Below are positions 9,932-18,651 of a stretch of DNA of 37,124 bases, piece by piece (positions within the stretch are counted from its first letter, which is position 1; each line of letters starts with the position of its first letter). The notes under the pieces were generated by a model. That model was given only the letters and a program-made list of their open reading frames with translations. It was not told the DNA's origin and did not search any database. Source of the DNA: Candidatus Methylomirabilia bacterium (GTDB lineage: Bacteria; Methylomirabilota; Methylomirabilia; Rokubacteriales; CSP1-6); NCBI GenBank assembly GCA_041496385.1, contig JBGQEL010000037.1, positions 1 through 37,124 on the forward strand. The letters run 5' to 3'. The position numbers and the translations under genes were made by a program.

Positions 9932-10968
9932 TGCCGGGCCTCCGGATCACGTTCCTCTGCCCCCACGTGAGGATCGCCGGCGGGGTTCGCGCGATCCTCA
10001 CGTACGCCGACCGGCTGGCCGCGCGCGGTCACGACGTCACGCTCGTCGTGCCCCTCAAGGGCCCGTGGGCCGCCGCCTGGGCGAACCTTCGCGGCGCCGG
10101 CCCCGACTGGATGCCGGGCTTCAGGGCGCGCCTCCGCTGGGTCCGGCGCTGGCGGGCGGAGGCGCACCCCGACGGCGACGTGCTCGTGGCCACGGCCTGG
10201 CAGTCGGCGGGCGCGGCGGCGGCGGCGCCCCGGCGCTGCGGCGCCCGGTTCTACTTCGTCCAGCACTACGAGAGCCTGTACCACGGGTCACCCGACGCGG
10301 TCGACGCGACCTACCGGCTCCCGCTCGCGAAAATCGTCATCTCGACCTGGCTCCGCGACGTGATGCGCGAGAAGTTCGGGAGCGACGCCGAGGTGCTCGT
10401 CACGCCCGTCGATCCGGCGCTCTTCCACCCGGTGCCCGCCGGCGTGGCGACCTCGCGGCCGCGCGTGCTCATGCTGCATCACGACTACGCCTGGAAGGGC
10501 GCGACCGAGGGCGCCGAGGCGGTCGCCCGGGTGAAGGGGCGCGTGCCCGGGCTCGTGCTGGTCGGCTTCGGCGTGAAGCCGCCGCGAGCACCCGGGCCCT
10601 ACGACGAGTTCCACGCGAACCCGCCTCAGGGGCGGCTCGCCGAGATCTACTCGAGCTGCGACATCTATCTGTGCCCGTCCTGGGACGAAGGGCTCGGCAT
10701 GCCGCCGATGGAGGCGATGGCGTGCGGCGCCGCCCTGGTGACCTACGACAACGGCGGGTGCCGGGACTACGCGCGGGACGGCGAGACCGCCCTGGTGGCG
10801 CGCCGCCGCGACGTCGCCGACCTCGCGGCGAAGCTCGAGCGGCTCGCGACCGATGCCGGCCTGCGCGCGCGGATCGCCGCGGCGGGCGCGAAGCTCGTGA
10901 CGACCGCGTTCGACTGGGACCGCGCGGTCGCGCGGCTGGAGGCCTTGTTCGTGGCTGCGCGGCACTGA
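9931..10968 (+). CDS. Glycosyltransferase family 4
   Basis: GTG 9931 overlaps the upstream TAG. AGGVRAI, RGHDVT, ATAW, YFVQHYE and EGLGMPPMEAMACG (EX7E). Confidence 0.88.
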   Translation: MPGLRITFLCPHVRIAGGVRAILTYADRLAARGHDVTLVVPLKGPWAAAWANLRGAGPDWMPGFRARLRWVRRWRAEAHPDGDVLVATAWQSAGAAAAAPRRCGARFYFVQHYESLYHGSPDAVDATYRLPLAKIVISTWLRDVMREKFGSDAEVLVTPVDPALFHPVPAGVATSRPRVLMLHHDYAWKGATEGAEAVARVKGRVPGLVLVGFGVKPPRAPGPYDEFHANPPQGRLAEIYSSCDIYLCPSWDEGLGMPPMEAMACGAALVTYDNGGCRDYARDGETALVARRRDVADLAAKLERLATDAGLRARIAAAGAKLVTTAFDWDRAVARLEALFVAARH

Positions 10969-12134
10969 GGCAGCAGGCCCGACGCGAGCAGCCCGCGGGA
11001 GACGCCCTCGGCGAAGACGCGCGCGCCCTGCGGGTTGTGGTGGATGTCGTCGGGCCAGAAGAGCGGACCCTCGGTCGCCGAGCGCTCGCGGAAGAGCCCT
11101 AGCAGGCTGACGACGGGGAACCCCTCGCGCCTCCCGAGGTCCGCGAGGATCCTGAAGGGCGCCTCCGACGCGTAGAGGCCGGGGCCGACGCCGAAGCGCT
11201 TGCGCCCCTCGGGCGACTCGCTCGCGCTCACCTGGTGGGGGTGCGGGTACGCGACGAGCACGAACGGGATCCCGCGCTCGCGCGCGAGGCGATGGATCGC
11301 GGTGAGATACCGCTCGGTCAGCCGCCAGGCCTCGCGGAGCCGCGGCGAGTCGCCCTCCCGCGTCGGGGCCATGATGTCGTAGCGGACGTCGCCGACCGCG
11401 TGCAGGGCCTCGAGGCGCTCCTCGGTGAGCTTGAGGCTGCCGAAGAGCGTCTCACCGACGCGTGACTTCCGGACGAGCTGCCACACGGCGAGCCGGTCGA
11501 CGAGCCGTTCCAAGGGGTCGAGGACGTCGAGCGCGCGCGGCTTGGCCAGCGGCGGCAGCAGGACCGCCGTCTCGCGCCGGCGATCGGACGGCACCGCGAG
11601 CGGCAGGCCGTCGGGAGCCAGGCGGGCGACCACGGTGCGGATGTAGTCGTCGTGGACGTCGGTCATGTCGAAGTTCAGCACGAGGAGATCCGGCCCGAGC
11701 CCGAGCCCGACGGTTTTCAGGAAGAGGTATTCGAGGATGGGCGAATAGCTGCCGACGCCGCCGTTGACGATCTCGACCCTGCCGCGACACGGGCCCGCGT
11801 TCAGCATCGCCTCGACCCGCGTCGCCACGGTGTCCTCGAGCCGGAGCCCGCCACCCTCGGTGAACGAGTCGCCGAGCATCAGGACCCGGAAGGTGTCGGA
11901 TGCTTTCACCGGCGCGATCTCGCCGCCCCGGAGCCCGAGCGAGTTGGTCGCGAACTCGACGCCGCGCACCCGCGTGGCGACGTTCGGCCTGAGCCGGTGG
12001 TGGAGGACGGGATCCGTCGTGAGATGCCCGCGCCGCGACGCGGCGTCGGGCAGGAGGCGGAGGCCCACCTCCACGAGCGAGAGGGCCACGCCGACGCTTG
12101 CGAGGACGAGCAGGACGACGCCGAGCCGGGCCAT
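10767..12134 (-). CDS. SGNH/GDSL hydrolase-family membrane-anchored protein
   Basis: N-terminal TM, TNSLGLR, block I LGDSFTEG, block II NGGVGSY, block V DDIHHNPQG. The last ~67 codons overlap the GT4 gene in antisense. Confidence 0.85.
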   Translation of the reverse strand: MARLGVVLLVLASVGVALSLVEVGLRLLPDAASRRGHLTTDPVLHHRLRPNVATRVRGVEFATNSLGLRGGEIAPVKASDTFRVLMLGDSFTEGGGLRLEDTVATRVEAMLNAGPCRGRVEIVNGGVGSYSPILEYLFLKTVGLGLGPDLLVLNFDMTDVHDDYIRTVVARLAPDGLPLAVPSDRRRETAVLLPPLAKPRALDVLDPLERLVDRLAVWQLVRKSRVGETLFGSLKLTEERLEALHAVGDVRYDIMAPTREGDSPRLREAWRLTERYLTAIHRLARERGIPFVLVAYPHPHQVSASESPEGRKRFGVGPGLYASEAPFRILADLGRREGFPVVSLLGLFRERSATEGPLFWPDDIHHNPQGARVFAEGVSRGLLASGLLPQCRAATNKASSRATARSQSNAVVTSFAPAAAIRARRPASVASRSSFAARSATSRRRATRAVSPSRA

Positions 12135-12155
12135 GTGCTGTAATCTAGCAGTACG
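12135..12155. promoter_or_regulatory. 21-bp divergent promoter region between the SGNH and sxtJ-like genes
   Basis: Minus strand TGcTAGATT, 7 nt, ATG(12134); plus strand TAATCT(12141-12146), 9 nt, ATG(12156); TGCT...AGCA inverted repeat. Confidence 0.45.
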
Positions 12156-12551
12156 ATGCACGCCTCGGCGGAAGGGAAAGAGCGCTCGTTCGGCCTCTCG
12201 GTCGGTGGCGTGCTGGCGCTCCTGACGGTCTACTGGGTCTGGCGGGGACGGACGACGGTCGCCACCGTCGCCGGCGTCGTCGCCGCGCTCCTCGTCGTCC
12301 CCGCGCTCGTCGCGCCGTCCCTGCTGCGCGCGCCGAACGCCCTCTGGTGGCGCCTGGCGCGGCTTCTCGGCTGGTTCAACTCGCTCGTGCTCCTGTCCGT
12401 GACGTGGGTGCTGGTCCTGACGCCCGTCGGCGCGGTCATGCGCCTCCTCGGGCGTGACCCGCTGGCGCGCCGCCGGCGGGCGGGCGCGCCGGGCTGGCTG
12501 CCGTACGCGGAGCGCCAGCGCGACCCGAAGCACTACGAGCGGATGTACTGA
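12156..12551 (+). CDS. SxtJ-family membrane protein
   Basis: ERSFG, hydrophobic segments, W..LA..LGWFNS..LL..V..TPVG..MRLLGRDPL and C-terminal ERMY; next to SxtK-like and carbamoyltransferase genes. Confidence 0.82.
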   Translation: MHASAEGKERSFGLSVGGVLALLTVYWVWRGRTTVATVAGVVAALLVVPALVAPSLLRAPNALWWRLARLLGWFNSLVLLSVTWVLVLTPVGAVMRLLGRDPLARRRRAGAPGWLPYAERQRDPKHYERMY

Positions 12552-12552
12552 C

Positions 12553-12711
12553 GTGAGCAAGGCGCGCCTCTTCCGCGAGCTGTGGGAGTACCTGCGCTAC
12601 CGCAAGAAGTACTGGCTGGCGCCGATCGTGCTGATCCTGGCGCTGTTCGGCCTCCTGCTGGTCTTCGCGCAGTCGAGCGTGATCGCGCCGTTCATCTACA
12701 CGCTCTTCTGA
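12553..12711 (+). CDS. SxtK-like / DUF5989 small membrane protein
   Basis: GTG 12553; ELWEYLRYRKKYWLAPIV...SSVIAPFIYTLF is the family signature. Confidence 0.85.
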   Translation: MSKARLFRELWEYLRYRKKYWLAPIVLILALFGLLLVFAQSSVIAPFIYTLF

Positions 12712-12723
12712 GGCACGGGGGCG

Positions 12724-14601
12724 ATGTCCACCTCCATCCTGGGGATCTCGGCCTACTACCACGACTCGGCGGCCTGCCTCGTCGTGGACGGCGAGATCGT
12801 CGCCGCCGCGCAGGAGGAGCGCTTCAGCCGGAAGAAGCACGACCACCGCTTCCCGTCGCGCGCGATCGAATGGTGCCTCGCCCACGCCGGGCTGTCGGTG
12901 GACGGGCTCGACCTGGTGGGTTTCTACGAGAAGCCCATTGTGAAATTCGAGCGCCTGCTCGAGACGTATCTCGGCTACGCCCCGAAAGGGTTCCGCTCGT
13001 TCGTCAAGGCCATGCCCCTCTGGCTCGGCGAGAAGCTCTGGCTCTCGGACGTGATCCGCCGGGAGCTCGGCACGAAGCGCGAGATCCTCTTCGGCGATCA
13101 CCACGAGTCGCACGCCGCCTCGGCCTTCTACCCGTCGCCGTTCGAGGAGGCTGCGGTCCTCACCATGGACGGCGTCGGCGAGTGGGCGACCTCGTCCATC
13201 GGCTATGGCCGGGGCGCGGAGCTCACGCTCCTGCGGGAGCTGCGCTTCCCGCACTCGCTGGGCCTGCTCTACTCCGCGTTCACCTATTTCGCCGGGTTCA
13301 AGGTCAACTCGGGCGAGTACAAGGTGATGGGGCTCGCGCCGTACGGCGAGCCGCGCTACGTGAAGCTGATCCGCGACCACCTCGTGGACGTGGCTGACGA
13401 CGGGAGCCTCTGGCTGAACCAGGAGTACTTCGACTACTGCCACGGCCTCACGATGACCGGCCGGGCCTTCGCGCGCCTGCTGGGCGGGCCGCCGCGCGCG
13501 CCGGAGAGCCGACTCACGCAGCGCGAGATGGACCTCGCGCGCTCGATCCAGGAGATCACCGAGGACGCCATGCTGCGGATGGCGCGTACCGCGCACCGGG
13601 AGACCGGCCTGCGCAACCTCGCGATGGCGGGCGGCGTCGCTCTCAACTGCGTCGGCAACGGCCGCATCCTCCGCGAGGGGCCCTTCGACGAGATCTGGAT
13701 CCAGCCCGCGGCCGGCGACGCGGGCGGCGCGGTCGGCGTGGCGCTCGCGCTCTGGCACCGCTATCTCGGCCGGCCGCGGACGAGCCCCGAGCGCGCGGGC
13801 GCGTGGCAGCCGCGCCGCGCCGTCGCGCCGGGTGGGCTCCCGGCGTACGCCGACGGCATGAAGGCGGCGCTCCTGGGCCCGTCCTTCTCCGACGACGAGA
13901 TCGGCCGCTGGCTCGGTGCGCGCGGGTACCCGGCCCGGCAGCTTCCGCGCCACGACCTGGCGCGCGAGATCGCGCGGCTGCTCGCCGAGGAGAAGGTCAT
14001 CGGCCTGTTCCAGGGGCGCATGGAGTTCGGGCCGCGCGCGCTCGGCGCGCGCTCGATCATCGGCGACCCGCGCTCACCGCGGATGCAGTCGGTGATGAAC
14101 CTCAAGATCAAGTTCCGCGAGTCGTTCCGGCCCTTCGCGCCCTCGGTGCTCCGCGAGGATGTCCACGAGTGGTTCGAGCTCGACGCCGAGAGCCCCTACA
14201 TGCTGCTCGTTGCCGACGTCCTCCCGCGCCACCGGCGGCGGCTGACGCCGGCCGAGGAGGGTCTCTGGGGCATCGAGAAGCTGAACGTGCCGCGCTCGAG
14301 CATTCCCGCGGTGACCCACGTGGACTACTCGGCGCGCATCCAGACGGTGCGCCGCGAGACCAACCCGCTCTACTACGACATCCTCCGCGCGTTCCGCGAG
14401 CTCACCGGCTGTCCCGTCCTCGTGAACACGTCGTTCAACGTTCGCGGGGAGCCGATCGTGTGCACGCCCGAGCACGCGTACCGCTGCTTCATGCGGACGG
14501 AGATGGACGTCCTGGCGCTCGAGGCCTGGGTGCTCGACCGCGCCGCGCAGCCGCCCGCACCGCCGGACGAGGCGTGGCAGAAGGAGTTCGCGCTGGACTG
14601 A
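12724..14601 (+). CDS. O-carbamoyltransferase (NodU/CmcH/SxtI family)
   Basis: ILGISAYYHDSAA, EERFSRKKH, HHESHAASAF, DGVGE, GEYKVMGLAPYG, AGGVALNC, GRMEFGPRALGARS, KFRESFRPFAP, NTSFN. Confidence 0.95.
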   Translation: MSTSILGISAYYHDSAACLVVDGEIVAAAQEERFSRKKHDHRFPSRAIEWCLAHAGLSVDGLDLVGFYEKPIVKFERLLETYLGYAPKGFRSFVKAMPLWLGEKLWLSDVIRRELGTKREILFGDHHESHAASAFYPSPFEEAAVLTMDGVGEWATSSIGYGRGAELTLLRELRFPHSLGLLYSAFTYFAGFKVNSGEYKVMGLAPYGEPRYVKLIRDHLVDVADDGSLWLNQEYFDYCHGLTMTGRAFARLLGGPPRAPESRLTQREMDLARSIQEITEDAMLRMARTAHRETGLRNLAMAGGVALNCVGNGRILREGPFDEIWIQPAAGDAGGAVGVALALWHRYLGRPRTSPERAGAWQPRRAVAPGGLPAYADGMKAALLGPSFSDDEIGRWLGARGYPARQLPRHDLAREIARLLAEEKVIGLFQGRMEFGPRALGARSIIGDPRSPRMQSVMNLKIKFRESFRPFAPSVLREDVHEWFELDAESPYMLLVADVLPRHRRRLTPAEEGLWGIEKLNVPRSSIPAVTHVDYSARIQTVRRETNPLYYDILRAFRELTGCPVLVNTSFNVRGEPIVCTPEHAYRCFMRTEMDVLALEAWVLDRAAQPPAPPDEAWQKEFALD

Positions 14602-14637
14602 CGGACGGCGGCGCCCCGGGGCCCGCCTTCACCCGCG

Positions 14638-14646
14638 TGCTAAGAT
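14638..14646 (+). promoter_or_regulatory. Extended -10 promoter TGcTAAGAT upstream of the FmdB gene
   Basis: TGCTAAGAT, 10 nt, then ATG 14657; no SD. Confidence 0.5.
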
Positions 14647-14656
14647 TGGCTCGCGC

Positions 14657-15049
14657 ATGCCGATTTACGAGTACGAGTGCCACGACTGTCGACGGCGGGT
14701 GAGTTTGCTCGTGCTCCGGCCGTCCATTGCCTCGCCGCCGACCTGCCCCCGCTGTCACGGATCGAACCTGAGCCGCCTGATGTCCCGTTTCGCCACCGTC
14801 AAGTCCGAAGACGCGCGCCTCGAATCGCTCGCCGGCGCCGGGGACGCCGGCGACCTCGATGAGAACGACCCCGGCAGCGTCGCGCGCTTCATGAAGAAGA
14901 TGGGCAAGGAGTTCGGCGACGATCTCGGCGACGACTTCGAGTCCGCTGTGGACGAGGCCATGGCCGAGGGCGAAGCCGAGGGGGTGGGGGGCACCCGCGA
15001 GGACGGGACCGAATCTCCGGACGCCGCGGGCGCATCCGACGACCCGTGA
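14657..15049 (+). CDS. FmdB-family zinc-ribbon regulatory protein
   Basis: MPIYEYECHDC...CPRCHG..LSRLMSRF with an acidic C-terminal tail. Confidence 0.88.
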   Translation: MPIYEYECHDCRRRVSLLVLRPSIASPPTCPRCHGSNLSRLMSRFATVKSEDARLESLAGAGDAGDLDENDPGSVARFMKKMGKEFGDDLGDDFESAVDEAMAEGEAEGVGGTREDGTESPDAAGASDDP

Positions 15050-15077
15050 TGGCGCTTCGGACCCGGACGGTGTCCCG

Positions 15078-16127
15078 ATGAAAGTCGAGGTGGCGGAGCG
15101 TCTCGAGGCGGTCGGCCAGGAGGCCTGGGACCGGCTGCACGCCGCCACGCGGCTCGGCTCGCCGTTCCTGTCCTGGACCTGGCAGTCTCAGTGGGCCCGC
15201 GTCTTCGCCGCGGACCGGCGGATCGAGATCCGCCGCGTGGTGGACGGCGACGGGAGCCCCGTGGCCCTCCTGCCGCTCTACGAGGCGGCGCCGGGGCTCC
15301 TCCAGGCGATCGGCGGCGCCGAGGTGTCGGACTATCTCGACCTCCTCGCGCTGGAGGGCCGCGAGGAGGAGGCGTGGATGGCGCTCCTCCAGTCGCGCGG
15401 CGCGGAGCGCGTCGTCTGGGACCTCCACGCCGTGCCGGCGGGCTCGCCGACGGTCACCGCGCTGCGCGAGCTCGCCCAGGCCTGCGGCCTCGCCACCGAG
15501 ATCACCGTCGAGGAGCGATGTCCTGTGCTGACGCTGCCCGCGACGTGGGACCACTACCTCGCGGGCCTGAGCGGCAAGCACCGCCACGAGCTGTCGCGCA
15601 AGATGCGGCGCGTCGAGCGCGAGGCCCCGGAGGCGCGGGTGACGGTCGCGGCCCGCCCCGCCGACGTCGCGGGGCGCCTCGGCGACTTCCTCGACCTCCA
15701 CCGGCGCTCGCGGGTCGGCAAGGCGCGCTTCATGGACGCGCGGATGGAGGGCTTCTTCCGTGCCGTCGTGACGGCGTTCGCGGACCTCGGCATGGTGCGG
15801 CTCTGGTTCCTCGACACCGCGTCCGGGCCCATCGCCTCCTTCATCACGCTCGAGTGGCGCGACGCCGTCGGCCTCTACAACTCGGGCTTCCACCCCGAGC
15901 GCGCAGCCCTCTCGCCCGGTGTGGTGCTGCTCGGCCACCTGATCCGTGACGCGATCGAGCGCGGCCGGCGGCGGTTCGACTTCCTGCGGGGCGAGGAGCG
16001 CTACAAGTACGAGTTCGAGCCCGTCCCCGAGGACGTCTACAACGTCCGGATCGGGCGTGCGGAGCCACCCGCACCTCGCTCGGGTCACCTACCATCCGCG
16101 CCGGCCTCGCGGCCCCCGCTCCAATGA
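15078..16127 (+). CDS. GNAT-family N-acetyltransferase (CelD/BcsL type)
   Basis: SPFLSWTW, SDYLD, WDHYLAGLSGKHRHELSRKMRR, YNSGF, SPGVVL, FDFLRGEERYK. The last ~21 residues come from a degenerate repeat unit. Confidence 0.88.
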   Translation: MKVEVAERLEAVGQEAWDRLHAATRLGSPFLSWTWQSQWARVFAADRRIEIRRVVDGDGSPVALLPLYEAAPGLLQAIGGAEVSDYLDLLALEGREEEAWMALLQSRGAERVVWDLHAVPAGSPTVTALRELAQACGLATEITVEERCPVLTLPATWDHYLAGLSGKHRHELSRKMRRVEREAPEARVTVAARPADVAGRLGDFLDLHRRSRVGKARFMDARMEGFFRAVVTAFADLGMVRLWFLDTASGPIASFITLEWRDAVGLYNSGFHPERAALSPGVVLLGHLIRDAIERGRRRFDFLRGEERYKYEFEPVPEDVYNVRIGRAEPPAPRSGHLPSAPASRPPLQ

Positions 16128-16389
16128 AGCCACACGCACCTTTTTCGGGCCACCCACTGCCCGCGCCGGCCTCGCGGCCCCCGCTCCAATGAAGCCACAC
16201 GCACCTTTTTCGGGCCACCCACTGCCCGCGCCGGCCTCGCGGCCCCCGTTACAATGAAGCCACACGCACCGCTTTCGGGCCACCTACCGCCCGCGCCGGC
16301 CTCGCGGCCCCCGCTACTAATGAAGCCACACGCACCGCTTTCGGGCCACCCACTGCCCGCGCCGGCCTCGCGGCCCCCGCTCCAATGAA
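16063..16389 (+). repeat. Tandem array of a 65-bp unit (1 degenerate + 4 well-conserved copies + terminal AATGAA)
   Basis: Unit AATGAAGCCACACGCACCTTTTTCGGGCCACCCACTGCCCGCGCCGGCCTCGCGGCCCCCGCTCC. AATGAA recurs at 16123, 16188, 16253, 16319 and 16384 (periods 65, 65, 66, 65). Confidence 0.97.
16124..16388 (+). other. Chain of repeat-encoded micro-ORFs: 16124-16192 (22 aa), 16189-16257 (22 aa), 16254-16388 (44 aa)
   Basis: [22 protein letters not shown] twice, then [44 protein letters not shown]. Every ORF-to-ORF junction is an ATGA overlap. Whether they are translated cannot be shown from sequence. Confidence 0.5.
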
Positions 16390-17641
16390 CCTGCGCGTCG
16401 CGATGCTCTCCGTCCACACGTGTCCCCTCGCCGCGCTCGGTGCGAAGGAGACGGGCGGCATGAACGTGTATGTGCGCGAGCTGTCGCGCGAGCTCGGCCG
16501 CATGGGTGTCGAGGTGGACGTCTTTACCCGCTCGCAGAACCCCGCGATCCCGCGGGTCGTGCGCCTGGACGAGCGCGCCCAGGTGATCCACCTCCCGGCC
16601 GGGCCCGAGGCGCCCATGGCCCGCGCCCAGGTCCACGCCCACCTCGACGAGTTCGTGGACGGGATCGAGGCGTGGCGGCTCACGCGCGGCGTCGAGTACG
16701 ACCTGATCCACGCCCACTACTGGCTCTCGGGCGTCGCCGCGCTCGCGCTGCGCGAGCGCTGGTCGGCGCCCGTCCTCCAGATGTTCCACACGCTCGGCCG
16801 GCTCAAGAACCGGGCGGCGCGCGTGGCGGGTGAGCTCGAGCCGGCGATCCGGCTCCGCGAGGAGGCGCGGATCGTCGCCGCCGCGGACCGGATCGTCGCC
16901 GCGAACGTCGTCGAGCGGGCGGAGCTCCTGGTGGACGACGCCGCGGGCGCCCAGCGCATCGCGACGATCCCGTGCGGCGTCGACACCGACCTCTTCGCGC
17001 CCGGCGACCGCGCGGCCGCGCGCCGCGCGCTCGGCCTGGACGACGGCCCCGTGCTCCTCTGGGTCGGGCGCATCGCGCCCATCAAGGGCCTCGACACGCT
17101 GCTGGACGCCGTCGGCCGGCTGAGCGCGGCCGGCACCCGCGCGCGCCTCCTCGTCGTCGGCGGCGACGCCGACGAGCCGTCGAACGGCCACGAGGCGTCG
17201 CTGCGCGCCCAGATCGAGCGCCTCGGGCTCGGCGAGACGGTGCGCTTCGTCGGACCGCAGCCCCAGGAACGGCTCCGGACCTATTACGTCGCGGCCGACG
17301 TCACCGTCGTGCCCTCGTACTACGAGTCCTTCGGCATGGTGGCCCTCGAGGCCATGGCGTGCGGGAGCCCGGTCATCGCCTCGCGCGTGGGCGGGCTCGT
17401 CACGACCGTGCGCGACGGTGTCACGGGCTTCCTCGTGCCCGAGAGCGACGTCGGCGCGCTCGCCGAGCGCATCGCCGCGCTCCTGGCGGATCCCGACCTG
17501 CGCTGGCGGATCGGCCGGGAGGGCGTCCGCTGGGCCGCGCAGCACCGGTGGCCCTGCGTGGCCGAGGCGGTTTGCCGCGAGTACGCCTCGCTGGAGCCCA
17601 TCGCGACACCGCACCTCGCCTCCGCGCGCTGCCACGACTGA
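16385..17641 (+). CDS. MshA-like GT4 glycosyltransferase (D-inositol-3-phosphate glycosyltransferase family)
   Basis: LSVHTCPL...[62 protein letters not shown]. Confidence 0.85.
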   Translation: MNLRVAMLSVHTCPLAALGAKETGGMNVYVRELSRELGRMGVEVDVFTRSQNPAIPRVVRLDERAQVIHLPAGPEAPMARAQVHAHLDEFVDGIEAWRLTRGVEYDLIHAHYWLSGVAALALRERWSAPVLQMFHTLGRLKNRAARVAGELEPAIRLREEARIVAAADRIVAANVVERAELLVDDAAGAQRIATIPCGVDTDLFAPGDRAAARRALGLDDGPVLLWVGRIAPIKGLDTLLDAVGRLSAAGTRARLLVVGGDADEPSNGHEASLRAQIERLGLGETVRFVGPQPQERLRTYYVAADVTVVPSYYESFGMVALEAMACGSPVIASRVGGLVTTVRDGVTGFLVPESDVGALAERIAALLADPDLRWRIGREGVRWAAQHRWPCVAEAVCREYASLEPIATPHLASARCHD

Positions 17642-17646
17642 CCCGC

Positions 17647-18651
17647 GTGGCCACCCTCCTCGAAGTCAACAACCTGACGACCGAATTCGCGACCCGCGGC
17701 GGCGTCGTCCGGGCGGTGGACGGCGTGTCGTGGGATGTCGGAGAAGGGGAGACGGTCGCGCTCGTCGGCGAGTCGGGCTGCGGCAAGAGCGTGAGCGCGC
17801 TGTCCGTCATGCGCCTGGTCGCGGCGCCCGCCGGCCGCATCGTCGGTGGCCGGGTCCTCTTCAAGGGCCGGGACCTCCTCGCGCTCTCCGAGGAGGAGAT
17901 GCGCCGCGTCCGGGGCCGCGAGATCGCGATGGTCTTCCAGGAGCCGATGACCTCGCTGAACCCCGTGCTCACGATCGGGCGCCAGCTCACCGAGGGCCTC
18001 GAGGTCCATCTCGGGATGACGCGCGACCAGTCCCGGCAGCGCGGGGCGGAGCTGCTGGCGATGGTCGGCATTTCCGACCCGGCGCGCCGGCTCACGCAGT
18101 ACCCGCACCAGTTCAGCGGCGGCATGCGCCAGCGGATGATGATCGCCATGGCGCTCGCCTGCAACCCGCCGCTGATCCTGGCGGACGAGCCGACGACGGC
18201 GCTCGACGTCACGATCCAGGCCCAGATCCTCGAGCTCATGCGCGACCTCTCCCGCCGCCTCGGCGTCGCGATGCTGATCATCACCCACAACCTCGGCGTC
18301 GTCGCGCGGTACGCCGACCGCGTCAACGTCATGTACGCGGGACGCATCGTCGAGCGCGGGAGCGCGCGCGCGATCTACGGGAGCCCGCGGCATCCGTACA
18401 CGCTCGGCCTGCTGCGCTCGGTGCCGCGCCTGGACGAGCCACGCCGCGCGCGGCTCGAGCCGATCGAGGGCCAGCCGCCCGACCTGACCCGGCTGGGCGC
18501 GGGCTGCGCCTTCGCGCCGCGCTGCACCTTCCGCGTCGAGCGCTGCGCCGCCGAGGCGCCCGGGCTCACGCCGGCCGGCGGCGAGGGGCACCTCACGGCG
18601 TGCTGGGAATCGGCGAGGACCGAGGGCGCCTCCGCGGGAGCCGCGCGGTGA
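17647..18651 (+). CDS. Oligopeptide/dipeptide ABC transporter ATP-binding subunit (OppD/DppD type)
   Basis: GTG 17647; [39 protein letters not shown] and the C-terminal Cys cluster. Confidence 0.93.
   Translation: MATLLEVNNLTTEFATRGGVVRAVDGVSWDVGEGETVALVGESGCGKSVSALSVMRLVAAPAGRIVGGRVLFKGRDLLALSEEEMRRVRGREIAMVFQEPMTSLNPVLTIGRQLTEGLEVHLGMTRDQSRQRGAELLAMVGISDPARRLTQYPHQFSGGMRQRMMIAMALACNPPLILADEPTTALDVTIQAQILELMRDLSRRLGVAMLIITHNLGVVARYADRVNVMYAGRIVERGSARAIYGSPRHPYTLGLLRSVPRLDEPRRARLEPIEGQPPDLTRLGAGCAFAPRCTFRVERCAAEAPGLTPAGGEGHLTACWESARTEGASAGAAR

Noticed and set aside
12156..14601. Saxitoxin biosynthesis cluster
   Set aside because: Only sxtI/J/K-like genes are present; no sxtA, sxtG or other core genes in the window.
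16063..16389. CRISPR array interpretation of the ~65-bp periodicity
   Set aside because: The whole unit is repeated with no unique spacers, and no cas genes are in the window.
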